Assembly: GCA_951804945.1 (NCBI GenBank)
Contig: OX638156.1
Location: forward strand, 40,548,001-40,612,000
DNA from: Podarcis cretensis
Lineage: Eukaryota
DNA length: 64,000 nucleotides
Direction of reading: 5' to 3'
Of this stretch, positions 49,023 to 61,620 are shown in pieces. The translations under genes were made by a program, and so were the position numbers. Each line of letters begins with the position of its first letter. The stretch's first letter is position 1. The notes under the pieces are model-generated. The model made no database searches, was not told the DNA's origin, and worked only from the letters and a program-made list of their open reading frames with translations.

Positions 49023-50685
49023 ATAAGACCATTCCTGAATAAGCCTTCCCTAGACCTGGAAGATCTGAATAATTTTTGACAAGTATCAAAATGTCCCCAT
49101 TTTAGGCAAGGTTCTTGAGACGGTGGTTGCCAAACAGATTCAGGTGCTCTTGGAAGAGACAGGTTTTCTGGATCCATTTCAATTTGGACTGAAGCCTGGT
49201 TTTAGTACCGAAACTGCCTTAGTTACCCTGTATAATGACCTGTGCTGGGAACAAGGCAGGGGGATTGTGACTATGTTGATCCTCATTGATCGCTTGATGA
49301 CTTTCAATATCATCAGCCATGGTATCCTTCTGAGGCGACTGTCTGAGTTGGGTATTGGGGGCACTGCATTGTGGAGGTTCCACTCCTCCTTGGATGGATG
49401 GCTCCAGAAGGTGGTTCTTGGGGAGCATTGCTCAACTCTTGTGTTTTATCTAGTATGGGGTCCTGCATGAATCACAGAGTCAGTTCTGTTTCCCATGCTC
49501 TTTAATATCTAGATCAGGGGTCTGCAACCTTTAAGACAAAAAGAGCCACTTGGACCGAAGAAAAAAAAACTGGGAGCCGCAAAACGATTGTGACATTTAA
49601 AACAGTGGGGAGTGTCGGGGCACACAATGCGCCTCCTCCCCTCGCTAGTATCCGCCCTGGAGCCGCGGCAAAGGTGTAAAAGAGCCACATGCGGCTCCGG
49701 AGCCGCGGGTTGCTGACCCCTGATCTAGATGAAACAGCTGAGTGGGTTCATACTGATTTCTGGAGTGTGTTGTTATCAGTATGCTGATGACACAGTTCTA
49801 GCCCTCCTTTTCATCTTCTGCAGGTGAGGCAGGCAGTGTTCTGAATCAGTGCTTGGTTGCAATAATGGACTGGATGAGAGCCAGTAAAACTAAAGCTTAA
49901 TCCAGACAAGACTGAAATGTTGGTAGGTGGTTCCTCTGACCTGCTGAGTGGCGTTTGGCCTGTTCTAGGTGGGGATTACACTCCCTCCGAAACAGCGGGT
50001 TCATAGTTTGGGCGTTCCTCCAAGACTCATTGCTGTCAGTTCAGTTATGACCCTACCTGCACAAGGATAACTTGGCTACAACAATCTTTTCTCTGGTAAC
50101 GTCGAGGTTGGATTACTGCAGAGCAATTTATATGGGGCTGCCTTTTAAAAACTTTGGAAGCCTCAATTAGTGCAGAGTGTGGCTGCCTAGCTGTTGACAG
50201 CTTCAAGACAAACAGATCATATAACACCAGTTCTGTTCCAACAACACTGGTTGCCTGTATGCTTCCAAGCCCAATTCAAAGTGCTGGTTTTGACCTTTAG
50301 AGCTCAGGATCTCCAATATGAACCTACCGGGGCCTTTAGAGCTTTGTTGAGGCCCTTCTGCAGATTCTGGTTCTGAGGGTTGTGACAAGGGAAGAGGGCT
50401 TTTCAGTTGTGGCTCCCATCTATGGAATGTGCTCCTCAGCAAGGCCCGCCTAATGCCTTCATTGACTGATACCAGGAGAAAGCCTATGTTTTCCCCCAGC
50501 CTTTTGACAGATGAAAGATGACGCTTTTGTCGTTAGTGTGCTGCCAAAGTTTCCTGCGGCTCTTAAGGGGGTTACTTTTTGTTTTAGTTGCATGCTATAG
50601 TATATTTATTTGTTCTTTTAACAGTGTTGTAAGTTACTTGGAGACCTTCAGGTAGCAAGCAAATAGCAAATCTGATTATTAATAG
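49023..50685 (+). mobile_element. L2-type LINE, degenerate RT and 3' end, interrupted by a MITE
   Basis: LDPFQFGLKPGFSTETAL...ISHGILLRRL..LGIGGTAL; QYADDT at ~49777-49794; HITPVLFQQHWLPV..QAQFKVLVLTFRA; many stops. Confidence 0.92.
49515..49722. mobile_element. hAT (Charlie-like) MITE, 208 bp
   Basis: TIRs CAGGGGTCTGCAACC / GGTTGCTGACCCCTG (14/15); perfect 8-bp TSD ATCTAGAT at 49507-49514 and 49723-49730; CpG-rich. Confidence 0.93.
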
Positions 50686-52246
50686 TGTTAATACTACTAG
50701 TGCTACTAGCTGTGGAAAAATAAAGATTTCAAAATCTGTCTAAGAGTGGAGAGGGAGTTCTGGTACTGTTATTTCTATTTTAAAGACAAACTTCAGCATG
50801 AACAATAAAAAAACCCATCCTTCACAGTAAAAAAAGGAGGGGTCATTTTTTCCTCTCATCTGCTTTTTCAATCAATTAGCATAGGTTTGGTTATTTCATT
50901 TATTCTTTCTTCCTGCATAGAACACACTCAATTTCACAGACACAGTTTGTACCACACAGAGAGCCCATGCAGAAGATCAATTTATGTTGATTCATAACAA
51001 TAAGGGTCAATAAATTTGGGGTAAATTATTAGGGTTGCCACCTTTTCTGTCTCAGCAGACATTAACCAGTAATAAAGTACCTTTTGGACTTGGTCATGTG
51101 GTATTGTGGTAACTATAGTGGGCATAAACTCTCTGTGGAAACAACCAGTTCTCCAAAGAAAGGCAGAAAATGGCACCTCCAGCCGCCTTTGGGCAATTCA
51201 GTCCAAGCTGTTGCTCCCCAAAGACCTGGGAAGGCACAGCACCCTCCATGAGCAGTATGCAAAGCTATGGACATGAAATGTGCTGCTCTCCATACTGTTT
51301 CTGATTGGCACTTCTGCTGGTCCTGCTTCTACATCTGAGGACACATGTTTGGCCTAGAATCTTTAAAGAAAATTATATGTTAAGCCCGGGTTTTGATGTG
51401 GCAGTGCAGCAGTGCATAAGCACAAAGTTGCCACAAAGTGCAAGGGGTGGGGGAGAGGCGAGTCCGTTTTGGCATCTTTCCCTTTCTCCCTGCCGTCTCC
51501 CTTGATAGGATTTGCAGAAGAAGAAATTATAGGCAGTCCTTGTTAAGAGCTAAGTTTGTTGTTGAGTTGCCTTTAGGCCTCTCGCAGGCCTGTCAGTTTC
51601 CAAACTGGGGCAGGAGAATGTGGACAGCTGCATTTCTTCCTTGCAACAGTGAAATATTTTTTCCTCATTCATGACCCGGCAGAAACAGCTGGGTCTCTGC
51701 TGTTGGTCATTGGACCTGGCAGCCGCCTGGCAGCATCTCTGCCTCTCCAACATAGGGGACAAGAGACTGCTGGGACAGCAGATGCAGTGGAGGTGATATT
51801 TTCACCCTTGCCAAGATTTTAGGGCTGGGCTGAGACAGGGGAGGGGTTGCCTACTTCCCCTCCCAAGCACAACACCCCTTAACAATGTAAACATCAGCAC
51901 CAGATGGTAACTATGGTTAAAGTAAACCAGGTTCCCACCAGGGTTTGCTAAGCAGCTGAGGCCTCTTTTAAGTTCAGCTTCAACAATCAGTCATTTAAAA
52001 ATGGCCGCCTTTAACAGTTTTCTTCTCAAAGAGAGGCAACAATCCTCAGCCAGAGATGGCTGCTCACATTTACGAATGATGCTGAAAATGTACAAGGAGA
52101 TGACGGTTGGTGTTTTCACAGGAGCCCTCTGGATTCAAGATTGGCTGTTTGTTGTGTCCTGTTTGTGGGGCTGGGGTGCTCAGGCAGTGAACGCAGAGCA
52201 GTCACCTGTTTGCTCAACTCTTTCCCCCCTCCCTTCTGTGTTCCAG

Positions 52247-52308
52247 AGTTCCTACCCCATCTGGGAAGATTTCAACTCCAAGGCAACTAAACTCCACTCC
52301 CAGCTGCG
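52247..52308 (+). CDS. MTSS2: MTSS2 coding exon 2 (62 bp; SSYPIWEDFNSKATKLHSQLR)
   Basis: Pyrimidine tract plus cag|, donor |gtgagt; IMD motif P.WEDF..KA.KL.SQL; in phase with exon 1. Confidence 0.97.
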
Positions 52309-55300
52309 GTGAGTTTCTTGACAGAGCTGACACAGCAACAACACAGCTGCCATTTGTCCCCCAGCCTGGTCTTCTCGCCATGTGTGTCATGAAAAGAGAC
52401 TCTTGATTTCTTCTATGCTCTCAGCTTCCTCTCCCCACACCCTCCTTTCTTTAGAAAACAAACAATGTGTCCCCAGCTGGTTCAGGTTCTTTTGAAACCC
52501 CACAGGCAGTAGCGCTGTACGTAGTGAGAGTGCCCTCCAGCTGCTTTGGACTACACTCCAATTAGACCCAAATCACCTAGTCATGCTAGCTGTAGCTGAT
52601 GAGAGTTGTAGTCCAAAACAGCTGGAGGGTGGCAGGTGATGGGGTAAATTTTGTATGGCAGATTATGGTTTCATCAGGCGCTCTTGGCCAAACAGCAGTG
52701 CAAGCTGGGCAAATAAGCCCAAGTGCTGTATATTTTCCAGCTCGCAGCTACTCTAGGAGTTGAGTGACACTGGCCAGAGGAATGAGAGCTGATTTTTGGA
52801 TTATTGTAATCTGCTGCAAGCTACCTTGGATATCATTAGATCCAAAAGCTGGGTGGAGGTCTTCTCTCAGACGAAATGCAGTCTAAGTCGTATTTTTTAA
52901 AAACCACCCTGCCTCATTTCTATGTGGGGAAACAAAACCTGTGCAGATCTGTGTCAGTTTTTCTGAGTGTGTTATAGGGCTCAATCCACATACAGTGAAA
53001 TGGGCCCAGGAAATTCTGCTGGCACCCCTGGAGGCTGTGACTACCACATAATGAGCTGGGAATGCCCTGGTTCAATGCAAAAATAAAATAACTTACTGCT
53101 TTAAGTTAAGAAGTTTTAGAAGCAATGGGGAGGGCAGAATCCTAGTAGCTTTGCTGCCAATAATGAGAGGTCCCACCCATATGGCTGCTCAGAAACAGCA
53201 TAGTTGGCCCCTGAGTTCCTTTCACCTGCCATTATTACCTGAATGTCCCTCTCCACAAGAAGGTACCATTTCTTAGCATGATCTGGTGTGCATGTTCTGA
53301 TCCTCCTTTCCATCCCCTTCCAGCCATCACAGAAAAGCATGTGCCAAAGCCACAGCCTCCTCCATGTCAGCCGCTTTCTAAGTGTGCCTGCTCTTTTCTC
53401 TGGAACTGCAATTCTTCCTTCTCTCCCTTTTGATAGGTTATCACTGTGATCTTGTTAGTTCTTTGTATCCTAGGGGTTTCTCTCAATACTTTTCAGACCT
53501 TGTGGCTCTTTTTCTTTTTGTAACAAAACAAAATTGAAGTACCAGCCCATCTACAGGCAAAGTGCTATTGAGTCTTTTAATGGCTCCTTTGCCTTTTTAA
53601 TTAAACAGTTCCTGTTTGCAGATTTAACTCATAGCTTTGTGATTAGCACTGGTTCAAGATTAGTGGTGAGTAGCTTTTAATATCCTATTGAATAGCCTTT
53701 CTTAATTGCCTTAATATTGGTTGTGGTTCCCATGGGGAGAGGAAAGCTCCATTTATCATTTTTCTTTTTTAAAAAAATCATTTTAAAAAATAGCAGAATA
53801 CATTTTTGGCTATATAAAAATGAGGGTGGGTGTGTATGGAGACACACTTACACAAGGAAATCTGTAATCCAAGCCCCCTCCCCATGGGAACAGAAACTGA
53901 CCCTAGGCCGGCAATTAACCAAGTCCATTCAAGGGGCAATTAATAGGCTGTTCATAATTGATGCCAGGTAACATAAAATGGGATCATTCTATAAGGAGTA
54001 AACTTTTAATTAAAGCTTCTGAAAACCTTTCATGAACAGGATTTTCTTGTGAGTTAATGTTATAGAAGGATCTTGAGAATAATAGATAATACAATGCTAT
54101 TTTAAGGCTTTGTGTGGAACCTCTATTTTCATTTTTTTTTTTTATAGTTAATTGAACAAAGTGAGTGCCTCAGCAGCACTAAAGGGTTCAAGTGAAGAAT
54201 ATAGCATTTTCCTGGTATTCTTTAGGGAAAAGCACCTTTCCAAACACTACTTTGTGGCCCAACCCAGTATTTGAGTAGAGCCTGCCTCAGTTTTGCCTAT
54301 TTGACTATATTCAGTTAGTTTACTAAAAGCATCTGTGGCAGTTGGTTTTTTTAACAGTTACCTTGGGCATAATTTTTTCTAATGCCTTCTTTTACACATG
54401 CACACTATTATATTTTATGAGTGTGCTAGTTGCAATGAGTGGATGCCAACTGTAAGTACAATATCGGGCAAACTTGGCAGTTTCAAAGTTCTTAATCTTG
54501 TTTACTAATCAAATGTAAAATAAACATGATAAATGAGAATATTATGTAGGGCATCAGAAAAAAATCCTGTACAAATCACTCTGATCACAGTTCAAAAATT
54601 TATGGAAAACACTGTTTTCTTATGCTAGTGTTATATCACACCTGAGTTTCTTGACATTTTGCTGGAGGAAGGATAGAGTATAGTCTGGTGTTATCCTGGG
54701 ATTAAAAAAACCTAAAAACTAGGGACTGTGCCCCTGTTTCCTCCACTTGCAACATCCCCTTTAGCCCAGGGTGGGGAACCATTTTGGCTCTGCAAGCCAT
54801 ATCCTTACCAGGATCTGCCTTGTGGTCCAAAATTGACAGGTGGGCAAGTCCATCCACCTGCCAGTCAAGTGATGTCACAAATGGCATCATGCTTCTAAGC
54901 CTGGACATTAAATTGCCTCTCAGGCAGCTGCATGCTGCTAAAAAGAAGGTTTTTGCCTTCCTTTTAGTACCACATTGCTGCTTGTGAAGTCCAAACTTCA
55001 AGACTCCAAAGCCCAGCAAATGGAGCAGGGAGCTCTCTCATGAACCCAGGTCAAGCTAACTTGATCTCCCTTTGCATCAGCTGATGGGTGGAGAGGTCAG
55101 GGGCAGTTTGGCGCATCTGTTTGGCCTGTTCCCAGAAGGAATGGCCAAACGGAGCTCTTTGTAAGCAATTGAAATAAAATTGGCAGACAGGGCTATCACC
55201 TTTGGTCCACCCCACCCCACCCCACCCCACAAAAGTCCTCCTCCCTTTCTCATGAGGCTCTTCCTCAGCTGTGCACCCTTTCTCTTCTGCCTCATCTCCT

Positions 55301-57159
55301 CCTTCAGTCCCTTTCCCCCCTCCTTTGCTTCAGCTTTAACCTCCTGTCCTCCAGTTTCCACCTTCCTCTCCTCCTAATTGTCATCACGCTGTAGTTTGCA
55401 GGGCTAGTGCCATCTGTCAGTGGCCTTGTGAATTACACCATGACAACAGTCTTGTTATGTGTTTTACAGCAAAAGTTGATGGATCTTGCCTTAAAATAAA
55501 GGAATTTTAGGAACAATGATACAGAAGACAAGACAGGCCATAAACTCCCACTACATCAGTTAGTCGTTCTTTTTGATCATACAGAAATAATACTCTCTAA
55601 GGAAGATCAGGAAATGGTTATTTATCTTTTAATGGCTGCCGTAATATGTATTTCACGTATAACAAGAAATAGGAGGCTACAACAAGCTTTCAATGGCTGT
55701 GAAAATGTCTGGGATTTTAGTATGATGAAGCTTACTAATTTTACTCAGACAAGAAGCAGAGTAAATTGGAAAGTTACTCAGTTGAGAGTTGAGTAAGATT
55801 TTTTGGAATTGGAAAGTATAGGAACATATATAACCCCAATGAGTTATTATGCACAATTTAACAGCACAGAAGTTGTTAATTAATGAAAGATTATCAATTC
55901 AATCTGTAAATTCTTTGTATTGATGACACAATATGGACAAGGCTTCCTTTGTGCTTGCAGGGGGGGGGGAGCAAGCAAGGGGTGCTAATGGACTTTCTCC
56001 ATTACCCTTTCCCCAATAAAAATCCCTGCTTTCCCCCAAACCATTAGTCCCATCCTGCATGGCTAGTGGCCAAGGATGATAAGTTGTACTGTAGTCCCAA
56101 CAATACAGGGCACCACTTAAGCTACTTGTGACTTACAGAGTCACATGATCAGGGTATTAGCTAAGCCACCCCCCCCCTTTTGTCCCACTACTCCAGCTGA
56201 AGTTGGAGCCCTGCCTCCCTGTTGCAGTGAAATAAAAGAAGTCCACACATGAGCATCATAGTGCCTAGTGTGGCTTTGATTCATTACCAGCTCCTTCCAG
56301 CAGCTAAGAATGCAAGCCCTGGCTCTCCTAAATCCCAGGTAAATGTGCCAAAATTGTGATATGTGAAGTCTCTCTTTAAGCCATGTTGCTCCTTCCCGTG
56401 CAGCAACACAGAAGCAAAGGGGCTGGTTTTGAGAGTGGCAAGGCAGTTGCAGCATCAAGAGGGAAGCTGCAGAGCCCCCTCCCCACATATCACGACCCCA
56501 GGATCCCGATGCAGTTGAGATCTCAAGAGGTTGAAAGTTGCCTCGACTGCCTTGCCTGTGAGCAGCTTCCAATCAACGCTGAGTAAGAAGGTTTCCTCCC
56601 CAGAGTTCCCAAAAGGAGCCTTGCTCTCCCCCCCCCCAGCCTTGTTCCCAGGGTCACCCCCTTGCTTTGCTTTTCCCCAAGAGTTTTTGGAATCCTCCCC
56701 CTTTCTGCTTGCCAGCCACCTCCTCTGGCATATCAAAGGCTTCTATGAAGGGGCCCTTTCAGCCCGTCCACCCTGGCTTTGCCGTCGCCGGATATGCCTT
56801 GTGCGGCTGCCCTATTAATAGCCCCCCTGGCTTCGCTGGTGTTTCTCAGCCCTCCGTGGAGCTGAAAGAGCCTCTTGTGTTCCGCTCAGCATCTCCTCAG
56901 CTGTTTGCGCACTGTGTTCCCCTTCCACTCTCCTAAAGCGCCTTTTGTGCTCATTGCCTATCTGGAGAGAGTGCTCTCTATTTCCTCCGCTTTCTCCGCA
57001 CACAGAGTAACTCCACATCGGCTCAGAGCTAGTTTGGGGAGGGAGAGATGGAAGCTCTGGGCTCTGCCTAACAAGGAGTGTAGGCCAACCCATAAGAAGA
57101 AGGGGAGGCTGGACAAACTTGGCGCTTAAAGCCTTTCTTTGGGAAGAGCCTCCTCTGTT

Positions 57160-57390
57160 TTAATTAATTAATTGATTGGTTGGATTTATATCCCGCCTTT
57201 CCTCTCCAAGAAACCCAGGGCAGCAAACACATGTATCATTTAAAATAAAGAAACAAATTAAAAAAAGGAAACATTTTAAATCTGTTTAAAGCATTGTAAA
57301 AACAACTACAATTAAAAACATCTAAAATCAGTTGCAGTTAAATTATAAAAAAAATTCTAGAAGCAGCTAAAAACATTATTCCATCCAGTG
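57160..57390 (-). mobile_element. LINE (L2-like) 3' tail
   Basis: ATTTATATCCCGCCTTTCCT...CCCAGGGCAGC followed by A-rich sequence; similar tails at ~17380, 27670, 36505 and 61135. Confidence 0.55.
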
Positions 57391-57402
57391 ATCTTAGAGT
57401 TA

Positions 57403-57660
57403 CCGTATTTTTCGCTCTATAAGACGCACCAGACCACAAGACGCACCTAGTTTTTGGAGGAGGAAAACAAGAAAAAAAATATTCTGAATCTCAGAAGCCA
57501 GAACAGCAAGCGGGATCGCTGTGCAATGAAAGCAGCAATCCCTCTTGCTGTTCTGGCTTCTGGGATAGCTGTGCAGCCTGCATTCGCTCCATAAGACGCA
57601 CACACATTTCCCCTTACTTTTTAGGAGGGAAAAGTGAGTCTTATAGAGCAAAAAATACGG
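57403..57660. mobile_element. Tc1/mariner-pogo MITE, 258 bp
   Basis: TA TSD; TIRs CCGTATTTTTCGCTCTATAAGAC / GTCTTATAGAGCAAAAAATACGG (22/23); internal inverted repeat CAGAAGCCAGAACAGCAAG / CTTGCTGTTCTGGCTTCTG. Confidence 0.92.
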
Positions 57661-57734
57661 TACTTGAAACAGTATTTTGTCAGCTACTCCACAGCCAGGG
57701 AACCACCACTGAAAAGGCCCTGTCACTATCCCAG

Positions 57735-57905
57735 TTACTTGGCATGCAAACTGTTTGAGGCTCAATTTCTACTGGCAGCTCTAGGTAGGGCTGGGAATGG
57801 TCTGTGTCTGAATCCCTGGAAAGCCTTGGCTGCCGGACAGTGTTCATAATGCTGCACCAGATAGACCTAGCAGTCTAATTCGGTATTGAGGCAGCTTCCT
57901 ATGTT
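57735..57905 (+). mobile_element. Degenerate tRNA-derived SINE
   Basis: AGGTAGGGCTGGGAA...CTGAATCCCTGGAAAG...GGCAGCTTCCTATGTT. Confidence 0.65.
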
Positions 57906-59105
57906 GCTCAGACTGGGGAGAGCAGGGAGTGCAAAGTCCTCGCAGAAGCTTGGGCCAGCCATGAACAGCCCACCCGGTTTCCAAGTGCTGCTGCTAAACA
58001 CAGAGGCCAGAGGATGTGTAAAGAAGAGGTTGGCAGACTGCAGGGCAAGGAGCCAGCCCTGAGGTGGCCAAAGGCAGCAGGACGTCAGAGAGAAACTCAG
58101 GGAAAGGGAGGCCTAAGGGGGAAAGACAAGAATAAGGAGGGAAGGAAGGAAGCTGAAACAAAAACAGGGCAGGCAATATAGTTCCAAGAAAACTGGAAAG
58201 CTGAGGAAACATTGGTGCTGGCATAGAGTCTATTTGAGCTGGTTAAGTTCATTCTTGAGATAAATGCTGCCCATCCCCCACAAAAAGAAAATTGTAGGTT
58301 TTCCCCCTACCCTCCCAATTTCCTGGGGGCAAGGCACCTGATAGTGATTGCTGTGATTGGTTCTTTAAGATCTACCTAAGACAGGTGTGTGGTGTTTGGC
58401 TTGGCCTAGAAGTTAGGGTAAGGATCCGTCACATGCAGGCTTTTTAACATCAGTGCACATGGATGTGTCATGGGACTCTCTCCATGCCTCTGAGCCTTTT
58501 GGCACATGGAATGCTCAGGTTGCTAGCTTGGCTGTCTTGGCCTTGCAGCCAGCCTGTGTCCATAGAGCCCAGAGTATGCGCTGAAACACACAGTGTGCAC
58601 TGAAACACACCATGTGCTCCTTTGCAAGGTAGGTACATGTAAGGGGGGGTGCGATGTTGGTAAAAGGTCAGCTGTGGTCAGCCCGTAGTCTTTCTGGACT
58701 GCTCTGCCTCTCAGGGACCCTGATAAGCTTCAGAGGAATTTCAAGAGTTCTCCAGACCACAGGCTGACAGTGTGGGCTTTAAATCATTTGTTAAATAGGG
58801 TAACTGAGGAGAGTTGTGCAAGAGGCACTGGATGTCCTCAAGATTTTAGAAGCAAACAAGATTCGGTTTTCTCAGAATTATTAGCCCAGTTGTACTTTTG
58901 ACCTCTGATTATCTGAGTCTTGGCAGCATTGCAGGTTTAGGCCTAAGTGTTAATAATGCAGGTCTGGCCGTGAAGGGATGAGATGAGGCCGACTCACTTG
59001 TTGCACCCACCCAGCCCTTTGAGATGGCAAAATGGCTTGTGCTGTTCCTGCGTGAAGACCGCCAACCCTCTGAGCTCTCTCTCTCTCTCTGTCCTTATGT
59101 TTTAG

Positions 59106-59179
59106 GACTACTGTCCTGGCTGCAGTGGCCTTCCTGGATGCCTTCCAGAAAGTGGCAGACATGGCCACCAACACACGAG
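59106..59179 (+). CDS. MTSS2: MTSS2 coding exon 3 (74 bp; TTVLAAVAFLDAFQKVADMATNTR)
   Basis: tttag| acceptor, |gtacgt donor; AFLDAFQKVAD.AT IMD motif; phase CG|G continuous. No exon 4 recognised before the window end. Confidence 0.97.
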
Positions 59180-60329
59180 GTACGTTGTGGGAGCTTTTTG
59201 GACTAAAAACTAGCTGACTGCAAAACCAGCCATGTCACACAGCCAATGGCAGAGAGCAGAACAATGCCTGTGGAAAAAAACTCACCACCAAACTGGCAGG
59301 CCCATGGCCCCTTTCTGTTTACTTGTGATCACTTACAGTGCTGCAGTTACCCCACAACCTACTTTTAATCCCTCTTTGTACTCACACTCAATCTAGCCCT
59401 GTGCTTGGTTTCCACCTGCAGCAGCCAAACAGGTGCCTCTGGGAAACATTCAAGAGGGACATGTTCAAATATCAGAGATGGAGCAAGAATTGCTGTATGT
59501 GTTTCTTTCTGTTTCTGTGACATCCCCATGGGTGACCCTACTGTGGTACTAAGTTTAGTGGCTATCGCCACATCTTGTGGCAGTGAGTTCCAAAGGCTTT
59601 AAATTTTTTTAGCAATAAATATATTTTCCCGAGGAAAAATATATTAGAGGATTTGTTATGTCGCCTTCCCACTTCTGAGGAAGCATTTGAGGCAGGTCAC
59701 ATCAGTAATAAACAATAGTAATAAAACAGCCAAATGAGAGGGGGGTGGCAGCAGCAGATAAAATATGTGTTGCATTCTGAACCAAGTTCCAGTCAGCATC
59801 TGGGAAACCCTGAGCTTGTGGTGCTTAGAGAGAGAGATTAATTTCATGGTGGGGTCTTATGTGGTCATTGGCAATCCCCCTGCTGATCTCTGCTAATCCA
59901 GACATGCTTGTGGGATCACCATGAGGGGAAGAGCAATCATCCTGCTTTTCTAGCAATGCTCATTCGAAGGCCCTGTGATAAATAGGGCCCTCTTTTAAGT
60001 GGCACTTCCTTCATTTCTGGGTGGGTGTTACAATTGCGGGGGAAACGGGCTTCTGGAGGCAGCAAGGCAGGAGCCCTTAAAAGTTACCTATAAATGAGTT
60101 TCACTGACATTGGGCAGGTGCCATCAGTGCACCTTTTGGTTTCCCGCTAAGAATGTTTTTGTTCAGGCAAGTGGCAGTCTTTCCAGACATGTAGAAGCTG
60201 TCATGTGTTTTAATCTGGTTTAGTTTATTGTTGATATTTATTATTTTTGAATGTTTTAAATATTTGCTTTTACATGTTGTTGTTGTTGTTATTACTGATC
60301 ATTCTATTATGTTTCTAAACTGCTTTGAA

Positions 60330-60697
60330 GGGACGTGGGTGGCGCTGTGGGTTAAACCACAGAGCCTAGGACTTGCCAATCAGAAGGTTGGCGGTTCGAA
60401 TCCCCGCGACGGTTGAGCTCCCGTTGCTCAGTCCCTGCTCCTGCCAACCTAGCAGTTCGAAAGCACATCAAAACTGCAAGTAGATAAATAGGTACCACTC
60501 CGACGGGAAGGTAAACAGCATTTCCGTGCGCTGCTCTGGTTCTCCAGAAGCTGCTTAGTCATGCTGGCCACATGACCCAGAAGCTGTACGCCGGCTCCCT
60601 CAGCCAATAAAGCGAGATGAGCGCCGCAACCCCAGAGTCGGCCACGAATGGATATAATGGTCAGGGGTCCCTTTACCTTTACCTTTACCTTTACCTT
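60330..60697 (+). mobile_element. Full-length Sauria SINE
   Basis: Head GGGACGTGGGTGGCGCTGTGGGTTAAACC, B-box GGTTCGAATCCC, core TGCAAGTAGATAAATAGGTACC, tail (ACCTTT)n; TSD TAAACTGCTTYGA. Confidence 0.93.
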
Positions 60698-61620
60698 TAA
60701 ACTGCTTCGAGATTTTATCAAGCAGTATAGAAATGTTGTGAAAGAAAGAAGAGTTTCAGAGTGTGCCTCTTTTCCCTCCATGTAGGGGTGTAGCAGGGCG
60801 AAGTGACCTATTCTGGGCACCTTGTGGCATGTAGATCGCAGAGGTCTGCACCTGAGAACCAGTCTTGCTTGTGGCCCCTCAGATTTTTCTTGGATATGGG
60901 CATCACCCAAGCACAAATCAGCCAGGAAGCTCATGAGATGGTCTTGATCAACCTTGAGCTGACCTACATAACCCATTTTCACTGCCCTGAACTTCTTCAA
61001 AAATGAGCAGAGGGAAAACACAGCTTTTTAAAAAAGTAATCTCCTCTGAGCCTTAAAAAGACCAGGTGTAACCATGCCTCCTTGTGTACACATGTAAAGA
61101 GCCCGCCCGCCCCTTCTCAGAACTGGCATTGGGATTATATATATATATTTTCTCGCCCTTCACCCCTAAGGTCCAGGGTAGGTTACAATTAAAACAAGGG
61201 CCATGGTATGCCACAGTAAAAACTGGGTTATTTAAAGAAGGAGAATCAGCAGTAAGCCAGAGTTGGAAGGAATTGACTGTGCAGGTTAGTTTGTTGTTTG
61301 ACAACAATTGATAGAATAATGTATGTGGGCAGCATTTGTGTTGAGCCATCAGTTACTGGGATAAATCTCTGAAAGCAAGCAGAGAATTGGGTAGGATGGA
61401 GCAGGTGATAAAGGAAAGCTGAGGAGGCTAGTACAAAATAAGGAGATGGAGGGAGGGCTGATGTATTCTGGAGAGATATAGGGAGCACCGGATGGAGCTT
61501 GGAAGGGAAGCAAAATGTAAATAACACCTCTCACCTGAAGCAGGATGAAAAAACTGATTTGGAATGTGAGTTAATCCCAGAATAAGGTCTGAAGACACAC
61601 GAACTCACCACTTTGCTATA

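Noticed and set aside
49123-49470. Reverse-transcriptase-like ORF as an active or domesticated gene
   Set aside because: Part of an L2 relic with stops, frameshifts and a MITE insertion
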